In this document: in pieces, positions 19,030-26,232 of the stretch | Position numbering within the stretch: position 1 is the first letter of the stretch | Layout of the letters: every line of letters begins with the position of its first letter | NCBI GenBank assembly: GCA_964236955.1 | Contig: CAXSGP010000038.1 | Coordinates: forward strand, 11,892-40,834 | Source of the DNA: an uncultured Oligoflexus sp. | GTDB taxonomy: Bacteria > Bdellovibrionota_B > Oligoflexia > Oligoflexales > Oligoflexaceae | DNA: 28,943 nt | Reading direction: 5' to 3' | Translations under genes and position numbers: made by a program | Notes under the pieces: generated by a model | Seen by the model: only the letters and a program-made list of their open reading frames with translations | Told to the model about the DNA's origin: nothing | Databases searched by the model: none

Positions 19030-19737
19030 GTGCCAAAAAGCATGAAATATACCCGTCTCTTCTCTATCATCTGTCTTATTTTGTTTCCAGTTCGATCCGT
19101 GTTCGCTGCTATGCCGACGGCTGGGCTTCCCATTGAACCCGCGACCAGTGATGAGGAACTCTATAACGAAGCGACCCGGGGTCCCTTGATTCCAGACGCC
19201 GCCGAAAGTAATAAGAGCGGCGACACCATCGAGCAATCTAAGTCATTTGAATCGGGTAAGGACAGTGGAGTGGCTTTTGGGGCGACCCTCCGTCTGTCGA
19301 TGATGAAGGACGGCTTTGGCGCTCAGACCAAAGTTTTTGAGTACGCTCAGACATGGCTCGCCCTGACTCAGACCCTTCGTTACTTTAAAAATGATGAAGC
19401 GGCAGCCCTTTATCGCCAAAGACATGGCTTTCTGCTTGGATTCGACCTTCAGCCCTGGCGTAAAAAATTCATCTCACCCTTTATCAGCGCTCAGATGGGC
19501 TGGGAGAAGTTCTATAGAGACGAAAACCGGGTGGCGCTGGATTCCTTCGTGATCGAATCTTCGGTGGGGCTCGAACTCAAACTGGGGCGTCTGGCGTCGG
19601 TGGTGGGGCAGTGGACCGAGTCCTTCTATCCTGGTCTCGACGAGTCTGTCTTCCTACCGCTACCTGCTAACGGCGACCCCAAGCGACATGCAGTCGCTGA
19701 GGTTCTCTTCAACCTGAAATGGGAAAGTCGCCAGTAG
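19030..19737 (+). CDS. Secreted protein, probably a small outer-membrane beta-barrel
   Basis: AAAGG before GTG 19030 (or ATG 19042); signal peptide ending VFA; amphipathic strands FLLGFDLQPW, SPFISAQMGW, SVGLELKLG and EVLFNLKW. Confidence 0.55.
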   Translation: MPKSMKYTRLFSIICLILFPVRSVFAAMPTAGLPIEPATSDEELYNEATRGPLIPDAAESNKSGDTIEQSKSFESGKDSGVAFGATLRLSMMKDGFGAQTKVFEYAQTWLALTQTLRYFKNDEAAALYRQRHGFLLGFDLQPWRKKFISPFISAQMGWEKFYRDENRVALDSFVIESSVGLELKLGRLASVVGQWTESFYPGLDESVFLPLPANGDPKRHAVAEVLFNLKWESRQ

Positions 19738-19752
19738 CGCCAAGCGGGAAAA

Positions 19753-20502
19753 TCACGGCGCGGGAGGCGGCGATGCCGGAAGCGACGGGTCCACGCCCTG
19801 CGAGGCCAGCAGACTCCGGATTTTCTCGGCATTGGTAGCGCCCGGCTGAGCGTCAAGCTGGGCCTTGATCTCCTCCACTTTCTCGGCAGCGATCCCATTG
19901 CTCTCGGCCCCATCAAATAAAACGGCTGAATTCTTGGCATCAAAGAGACTGTTGATGATGTCGTCAGCAGCCTGATCGTCAAGATTTGAAAGTTCTTCGA
20001 TCGAGAATTGACCGTCGCCATCGCCATCAAAAAATTTCGCCTGGAGGGCGGTGAAAGCGGCATTGAAGAGGGTCGATTTGAAGTTGTCGGAATTGGTGCG
20101 CAAAGCCTCCGGGATACTGTTGAGCAAGGCGACGACTTCCCGCATAAGGGCACGGTTCGCAACGGTGGCGCCGGGCAGTATGCTGAACATCGCCGTCAAT
20201 GCGTTATTCCCAGAGACTCCCTCTGTAGCGAGTTTGACGGCTATATCCAGGGTGTCGATGCCGGCTTTCTGAGCTTTGGCGCTCGCCATAAGGGAGATGA
20301 GCTGGTAGTCCTCAGGCTTGTCTTTGAGGGCTCGGTTGAGGACGCTGATGGCCTCATCCGGCTTTTTCTGATCTAAATAACTCGACGCCTGATCAGCGGG
20401 AGCAGGGCTGTCCACTGCCTGGAAAACGTTGCTACCGCAGCCTGATAGTAGACTGAGCAGAAGGCCGAAAGTTATGAACCTGCAAATCTTACTCATGATC
20501 AT
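19753..20502 (-). CDS. Lipoprotein with a TPR-like segment and an EF-hand-type loop
   Basis: AAGGAG RBS; lipobox LSGC; EAISVLNRALKDKPED TPR-like helix pair; DGDGDGQFSIEE loop. Confidence 0.75.
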   Translation of the reverse strand: MIMSKICRFITFGLLLSLLSGCGSNVFQAVDSPAPADQASSYLDQKKPDEAISVLNRALKDKPEDYQLISLMASAKAQKAGIDTLDIAVKLATEGVSGNNALTAMFSILPGATVANRALMREVVALLNSIPEALRTNSDNFKSTLFNAAFTALQAKFFDGDGDGQFSIEELSNLDDQAADDIINSLFDAKNSAVLFDGAESNGIAAEKVEEIKAQLDAQPGATNAEKIRSLLASQGVDPSLPASPPPAP

Positions 20503-20507
20503 GCTCC

Positions 20508-21605
20508 TTAAAATCCAGCCATTAATCGAAACATCACGCGTTGATCCGGTCTAAGGCCCGACGATGTTCCTATCTCCTCTGTCATCAGGCCGACATCCAG
20601 GCGAACGACATAAAGATTCGTAAAAAATCCGACCGTTGGATAGCCTTGGTTGAGACCGCCGGTCAGGCCTATAAAGCGACCAAAACGAATTTCAGATCCC
20701 AGATGAACTCTTTTAAAGACGTTTTGCTCGACCGAGCCTAGGGCATCACGGAAATCAAAGAGAAAGGCCAGGGCGCTGGTTTTGGTGGTCTTTTCCACGG
20801 CCAGACCAAGGGTGACGATCTGAGGCAGGCGTCGGTCACCTGACCCTTCACGGGCGGCTTTGAGCTTGGCTGTCCCTAGATTTTCGATATGAAGGCCAAG
20901 GCTCATAGGCCAGGAAGGGGGCCGTAGCATAAAGCCAACGTCGGCAGCATAGCCCCGCCGTTCGACTTTTACATCGTCCGAATCAAGCTGATCGGCAATG
21001 TTTTCGGCATCGGCAGCCGAGATATCAAGGAGAGCTTCATTCCGTGAGACGTATTTTAAGGTCGTACCCATGAGGAGCATGTCGCTCCAGAAAGCTTCGG
21101 CGGCACTGATCGTCGCCACTCGATTGACCGTTGCATCGGCATGAAGAGTATCGAGGCCATTTTCATTGGTAGCTTTTGACAGCATGATGTTGGTGTCAGC
21201 TGACACCAAACCACCCAGGGCAAACCGGCGAAAGACGATGCCGGTAAAATTATTAAGGCTGAGGTGAAGGTTCTTGCCAGCGAAATTCTTAAGGGCATCC
21301 GCATCATTTTCTTTTTTGACCATGGCTTGCTTGACCAGGTCTTTGGTCTGCGTGGAGACCTGGGCGCTGGGTGATACGAGAACAGTTTCTTTGTAAATGC
21401 TTTTGCCTTGGGCAAGGCCGGCTGGATTATAAAAAATGGCTTCATGACCATCAGCGCAGGCCACACCCGTGTCACCGCGTCCTAAAAAGTAGGGACTTCG
21501 GTAAAGGGTATTGAACTCAAGCGAATCCGCGCTTGCTTTTTTCGTCATCAAAAGAGCCAAGACGCACCATCCGAGTTTTAACCCTAAGTCCTTATTCATA
21601 TCCAC
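20508..21605 (-). CDS. TraF/PorV/FadL-like outer-membrane beta-barrel
   Basis: Signal peptide; plug-type motif SPYFLGRGDTGVA..D..AIFYNPAGLA; amphipathic strands; C-terminal Phe. Confidence 0.75.
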   Translation of the reverse strand: MDMNKDLGLKLGWCVLALLMTKKASADSLEFNTLYRSPYFLGRGDTGVACADGHEAIFYNPAGLAQGKSIYKETVLVSPSAQVSTQTKDLVKQAMVKKENDADALKNFAGKNLHLSLNNFTGIVFRRFALGGLVSADTNIMLSKATNENGLDTLHADATVNRVATISAAEAFWSDMLLMGTTLKYVSRNEALLDISAADAENIADQLDSDDVKVERRGYAADVGFMLRPPSWPMSLGLHIENLGTAKLKAAREGSGDRRLPQIVTLGLAVEKTTKTSALAFLFDFRDALGSVEQNVFKRVHLGSEIRFGRFIGLTGGLNQGYPTVGFFTNLYVVRLDVGLMTEEIGTSSGLRPDQRVMFRLMAGF

Positions 21606-21697
21606 TCCCGCGACTACTTTGCCTAAAGCTTGGATCGGTCAGAACGGGGGAATTCTTAGGAGCTTAGCCAAAATTCTATAAGTGGGTGGGATATAAC

Positions 21698-21723
21698 AAA
21701 AAATGAGGGCCCCATGGGGGCCC
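21698..21723 (-). terminator. Intrinsic terminator
   Basis: Minus strand reads GGGCCCC-CAT-GGGGCCC-TCA-TTTTTT (7-bp GC stem followed by a U tract). Confidence 0.65.
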
Positions 21724-21726
21724 GCG

Positions 21727-21879
21727 TCAGCTCTCTGCACTTAAGGTGATGCGATTTTGGGGGATAATTTGGATTTGTCTGAACATGCGGCGTTTTTTAA
21801 AAAACGCTAAAAAACGGGAAGGACTGGAACTTGCGGTGAGAGAGCTGCTATTGAGTGCGAACACACAACCGACTTTCAT
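21727..21879 (-). CDS. Candidate 50-aa small protein MKVGCVFALNSSSLTASSSPSRFLAFFKKRRMFRQIQIIPQNRITLSAES (alternatively part of an sRNA)
   Basis: Translated by hand; it is below the ORF-track cutoff. GAGG lies 7 nt before ATG, a promoter lies upstream and a terminator follows 3 nt after TGA. Confidence 0.45.
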   Translation of the reverse strand: MKVGCVFALNSSSLTASSSPSRFLAFFKKRRMFRQIQIIPQNRITLSAES

Positions 21880-21949
21880 CTCAAAACCTCTATGTTTCAA
21901 GAGATAATCTCAACCGTTAAGAAGAGTCTAGGAGAGTGGGCCGAAACGT

Positions 21950-21978
21950 GTTCTATGCCTCTCCAAAGACCTTGTCAA
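21950..21978 (-). promoter_or_regulatory. Candidate sigma70 promoter
   Basis: TTGACA (21978-21973), 17-nt spacer, TAGAAC (21955-21950), with AT-rich sequence upstream. Confidence 0.55.
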
Positions 21979-22642
21979 GATTTAAAGGGCGCTTATTATA
22001 AAATTTGAAATTCCTCAGGCGCGGTGAGCACTTGGCTTTTAAGAAGCACTTAAGAACTGGCTATGGGTTAAGTCCCGGGAGGGTCAAACTTAAGTTGGGA
22101 TTTTTTTTCTTATCTCAATTTTAGAGAAACTTGGGTACCCAGGCATAAATTCTCAAAGGCAGCAAAAAAATAAAAATATCTTCGTGTTATGGAAATTATT
22201 GGGCTTTAACCCAGGCGGGGCGAACGTTTCCGGCGAAAGAGACCGGGTTTCGCGTCTGCCATTGGCAAGGGAGGCATGCACTTGGCTAACTGGCCAGATT
22301 TGATCAAAAACTGGAATTGTATTGTTATTGTATTGCGACAAAAGTCTTTTTTAGTAAGGGGCACAAAGGATGTCTTCGGAGATTTAAAAACCTTAAGAAC
22401 ACAGTTGTGTCTTAGTCTTTTTCAAACTTAGCCTTGGTCCTTCGGACCATGAAAAGGAGTCGGGTTGCCTCGGCCGAAAATGCTGCTCTGGAATCATGAT
22501 TTACTCACCTTATTGATTGGCCGGTCGATAGAAAAACGATTGGCCCCCTGATTTTTGAACCCAAGAGATCGATAGGGGAAGACCTGAAGTCGATTAAAAT
22601 TCGATGAGCTTCTGTTAACATAGTTGGCTTTTAAGCTTCCGC

Positions 22643-22888
22643 TTATCGCATGGGTCCGTCGTGTTCAAAGGAAAAGCCTCGCCATTCCACCCGAATCAAT
22701 TTGGTATCTACGTCCTGGCTAACTTTTTTTACCTGCAGCTCCTCCATCTTCTTCAGCTCCCAGGCCTGAGCCTCTTTCTTATTTGCAAAGGGATTTGTGA
22801 ATTTCCAATTTCGGACATTTTTAAATTCGCGTTCCAGCGTCCATTTACTGGTCTGAAGATCCGGCGTAATTCCAATTCGAGTTGCCAT
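22643..22888 (-). CDS. Small hypothetical protein (81 aa), possibly a minimal GIY-YIG-like fold
   Basis: AAGGA RBS before ATG 22888; RIGITPDL ... KKEAQAWE pattern. Confidence 0.6.
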   Translation of the reverse strand: MATRIGITPDLQTSKWTLEREFKNVRNWKFTNPFANKKEAQAWELKKMEELQVKKVSQDVDTKLIRVEWRGFSFEHDGPMR

Positions 22889-23380
22889 GGTATGTTCCTT
22901 AAAAAATTCATGATAGCTCAACTGAGCGATCAGACGAAAAATTTAATTTTACAGGGTCACAATCCCTGCAAGGCCTGGGGGTTTCTCAGTCTGGTCTTCT
23001 TCCCAATAAACTCAACTCAAATAGAATCTGCGCTGAGAGTAGAGATTCAACCGGCGCGCTTTGACTTGGATAAAAGGTAATGGGAGCACTTTCCCTCAAA
23101 AAATTCCCATGACTCTTTGCCAGATCGAGCTGAAAGTTTCGCAACTCCCATGTCATCCCTAGCGATCCGTAGCTTTAAAAAGCCAATTATCAGAGGGATC
23201 CGAGCAAGTTGAGTCCTGCCGGTCGAGGCTGGTAAGCAATGCATACTGGAATAGGCAAGAAATTTTACAGGGCGCGGGCACGTTTGCATTTGCATTTTTG
23301 CAGGAAATCCCTGACTCTATAGTCAAAGTTCACAAAAAATTGGTGTCTTACTGATTCGATACCCGTTCGGAGGGCAATCC

Positions 23381-24112
23381 ATGTCTATTTCAGCGAAGAA
23401 ATCTTTCCTACTGAAATTAAGCACCTGGATATGCCTCCTGCTGCACATTTCCTATCGCTATAAAGTCTATAATAAAAATAATCGCATCGAGGCCGAAGGC
23501 ATTCACGCCAAGCATTCTTTTGTCATCGCCTGCTGGCATCAAAATTGTTTTGCGGGAATCCTATCCCACGCCGGACAGGGCATCGCCTTGCTGGTGAGTC
23601 GTTCGCTTGATGGGGAAATTGTCAGCCGCCTTGCCCATTCCATTGGCCTCACCGCTATACGGGGCAGCTCTCGTAAAGGGGGAAGGGAAGCCCTGGCTGA
23701 ACTCGTCGAACGCACCCATCATGGCCTCTGCTCGGCGATCACAATAGATGGTCCCAAGGGGCCCGTCTTTGAGATCAAGCGAGGCGTCTTCTGTATCTCG
23801 GCTGAGACAGGCGCACCGATACTGCCGATGATTGCCATGGGAACCCGTTATTGGACGCTGCATAAGAGCTGGGATAAGTTCCGCATTCCCAAGCCCTTTG
23901 CCAGAGTCGTCGTCCTTTATGGGCGTCCCATGATGGTTACGATGCAGGAGCTTATCGATAATTTTGAGGGCTTACAGGTTCGTCTTGCCAATGAATTGCA
24001 TAGCCTTGACATCCAGGCTATGAATATGGGCCTTAGCTTTCATTCCGCGCAATCGCCTTCGCTGCGTCCCGTCCCAAGCGGCAAAGGCAAATCCAATGTG
24101 ATTGCAAGTTGA
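23381..24112 (+). CDS. DUF374 / lysophospholipid acyltransferase family protein
   Basis: GGAGG RBS; IACWH, VSRSLDGE, IRGSS, IDGPKGP and SWDKFRIPKPF motifs. Confidence 0.88.
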   Translation: MSISAKKSFLLKLSTWICLLLHISYRYKVYNKNNRIEAEGIHAKHSFVIACWHQNCFAGILSHAGQGIALLVSRSLDGEIVSRLAHSIGLTAIRGSSRKGGREALAELVERTHHGLCSAITIDGPKGPVFEIKRGVFCISAETGAPILPMIAMGTRYWTLHKSWDKFRIPKPFARVVVLYGRPMMVTMQELIDNFEGLQVRLANELHSLDIQAMNMGLSFHSAQSPSLRPVPSGKGKSNVIAS

Positions 24113-24254
24113 ATATTTCGGTCTTCATTCATTTTTTCATGCAAGAATTTTTTCAAATAAATATTTGCCGGTAACCCTTCCCCAAGGTTTCAGTCCCCAG
24201 GCGAGCAATGTTAGAATTCCCCTAAGCACATTGGTGCCCATCATCGGGGTCTTC

Positions 24255-25442
24255 ATGAATAGCCGCAGTCTGCTTTTGGGTCTCGTCTTTCTCTCTCAGA
24301 GTTTTAATTTCGCACAAACGCTTCAACCCATGCTGCTCACCGAATCGGGTACGCTCCTGCCGATTCAGGCGGGATTGACCTTAGCACTGGGCTCGCTCTT
24401 TTCGGGTGGAATGCAGCCGATCATTGGCAATCTTCTCGATCATGGCCGCGTGAAGCGCTGTTTTTTTCTCGTGTCGATCAGCTACGCGATGGGTATTTGG
24501 GGATACTGGAGCCCCCACGCCCCCGCGTGGCTTCTGATCGCCTCGTGTCTGCTCCTCATCATGGCCGGCATGACTCTGAGAACGGTCGTCTCGATGGCGC
24601 TTATTGCCAGCTGTAAGGGCGAGGAACGGGCGGAAGCCTCATCCCTGCGTTACCTCGTATCGAACGCAGCCTTGGCCATATCCTCAGGCGTAGCGCTTAT
24701 GGCTTTTAAGGAATGGCGCAGGGAACTGCTGATGGTCGATCTGGTGACGAGCGTGATCCTTGCGGCGGGAATGCTGCGTCACCTTCAAAACAATAAGGAT
24801 GATTGCCTGAAATCACGAAGCAGTATTCGCGAGAGCCGCGATATACTCATGCACGGCATGAAGCGATATGGGCGGCGTATCACCGGACTGAGCATGGTGA
24901 CCATCTGCTTCTCCGCAAACTTCACCTATCTCCCCCTTCTTTTCGCGAAGAGGGGAGTCGCCAACACCAATGTCTCGGCGTTGATATTAATGGCCAATGC
25001 CATCGTGGTTATTCTGAGTGCAAAACCTCTAAGGCGCCTGACGCGACGCTGGCAGGCGCAACGCATAGGCAAGGTGGGAACGATACTGATAGCCTCCGGA
25101 ATGTGCTTTGGGCCGCTGACATCATCGATGACCTGGGTCATGATAGGGATCTGCATCTGGACCATCGGCGAAGTGATCTTTATACCCTGGGAACAGCTGC
25201 AACTTTTCAACTGCTTCGATTATGCGAGCGCTGGTCTGGCCGCGGGAGCGGTGAGTTTTCTCTTTTCCATCTGTCAGATCCTGTCGCCCGTATTATCGAC
25301 CCTGCTCCTGGCGCTCTCCGATGAGTTCTCGGCGCTCGTCCTTACCCTTTTGCCCATTTGCGGTTATTGGATCTATCGCAGCAGTATCAAGTCGGATGAG
25401 GAGCGGATCCTCATTGAGGAGGGGAATCAGGTGGCAGCTTGA
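24255..25442 (+). CDS. MFS transporter
   Basis: About 12 hydrophobic segments; motif A-like GNLLDHGRVKR; WTIGEVIFIP. Start reassigned to ATG 24255 (GGGGT upstream). Confidence 0.8.
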   Translation: MNSRSLLLGLVFLSQSFNFAQTLQPMLLTESGTLLPIQAGLTLALGSLFSGGMQPIIGNLLDHGRVKRCFFLVSISYAMGIWGYWSPHAPAWLLIASCLLLIMAGMTLRTVVSMALIASCKGEERAEASSLRYLVSNAALAISSGVALMAFKEWRRELLMVDLVTSVILAAGMLRHLQNNKDDCLKSRSSIRESRDILMHGMKRYGRRITGLSMVTICFSANFTYLPLLFAKRGVANTNVSALILMANAIVVILSAKPLRRLTRRWQAQRIGKVGTILIASGMCFGPLTSSMTWVMIGICIWTIGEVIFIPWEQLQLFNCFDYASAGLAAGAVSFLFSICQILSPVLSTLLLALSDEFSALVLTLLPICGYWIYRSSIKSDEERILIEEGNQVAA

Positions 25443-25477
25443 GAAACGGCTTTGGTCCATAGATTGCTTGCTGGACT

Positions 25478-25957
25478 CTAGTCCATCGCGTCTTTGAAGA
25501 GGTCTTCGTAAGTGATCTCGTTCATTTTTTCTATAGTTTCAAAGAACCTCACTTCGAGCATCTTCGCTCTTCGCCGGAGCGTATCTATCCTATTCTCCAC
25601 TTCTTTGGTAAACGCTTGAAAACGTGGGTCAAAGCCGTAGTTGCTGGTCAGTTCCTCGCCGGCATTGATGAAGCGTTTGGCATAAAATTTGATTGTTGCA
25701 TCGACCTTATCAGCCGACACGCGCAGGTTAGCCTCGGGACTATGATTGTAAATCGATCCTAGACCCAGGGCGATTGCGTCCAAGTCCTCGGACCAGGCAA
25801 AAGCGTAGCGACGTAGCTGGCATTCCAGATCGCTATAAGGTCGGTTTGGAATCTTCGGGAGTAAGAGAGTAGGGCAGGATTCAATGAGGGACGATTCAAG
25901 GATGTCGGCTTGGGTGAAAACCCCGCGGCCGTTTTTTGAGAGACCTACAAATAACAT
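25478..25957 (-). CDS. SET domain protein (putative lysine methyltransferase)
   Basis: GRGVF, GSIYNHSPEAN and INAGEELTSNYG motifs. Confidence 0.88.
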   Translation of the reverse strand: MLFVGLSKNGRGVFTQADILESSLIESCPTLLLPKIPNRPYSDLECQLRRYAFAWSEDLDAIALGLGSIYNHSPEANLRVSADKVDATIKFYAKRFINAGEELTSNYGFDPRFQAFTKEVENRIDTLRRRAKMLEVRFFETIEKMNEITYEDLFKDAMD

Positions 25958-26232
25958 GGATGCGCCCGTCCCTGGAAAGATTTGAGGAGCTTGGCCATTT
26001 TCTCACTCCAGGGGCCGGTATTTCCATGTCTAAATTGAATAATTAACGGGAAAGTGCTTGGTGCTTTCTCAAGATCGGGGAATAAGATTTGGATTGTTGA
26101 GAAGCTGGATTACGGCGTCGGGGCCGTGCCTTTAGGAATGAATCTGTTTTGTAGTCTTGAAGGCGCAGCCTTAAATCATTTTGAACGAAAGAAGACGATT
26201 GCCCCCAGCAAGGATGCTGGAGGTCATTCGGG

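Noticed and set aside
20508..21605. Conjugative element suggested by the TraF-like protein
   Set aside because: No relaxase, T4SS genes, integrase or att sites; the neighbours are housekeeping genes.
22247..22258. 12-mer CAGACGCGAAAC shared with 782-793, resembling part of a c-di-GMP-I riboswitch
   Set aside because: 12-nt matches are expected by chance in 29 kb, and the GGCAAA/GNRA P2 elements are missing.
22153..22341. 62-aa minus-strand ORF
   Set aside because: TTG start, no RBS and no recognisable features.
21606..22642. oriC, dif, CRISPR array or known ncRNA (tmRNA, RNase P, SRP, tRNA) in the long intergenic region
   Set aside because: I found no DnaA boxes, XerCD site, regular repeat-spacer pattern or conserved ncRNA signatures by eye. 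An Rfam scan is still advisable.
22661..23295. ORFs 22661-23080 (+) and 23047-23295 (-)
   Set aside because: The first overlaps the better-supported 81-aa gene antisense; neither has a clear RBS or motifs.
24102..24254. N-terminal extension of the MFS ORF (likewise the extensions at 947, 4925, 18859, 18870 and 27537)
   Set aside because: Better RBS-supported starts lie downstream, and the extensions look non-coding.
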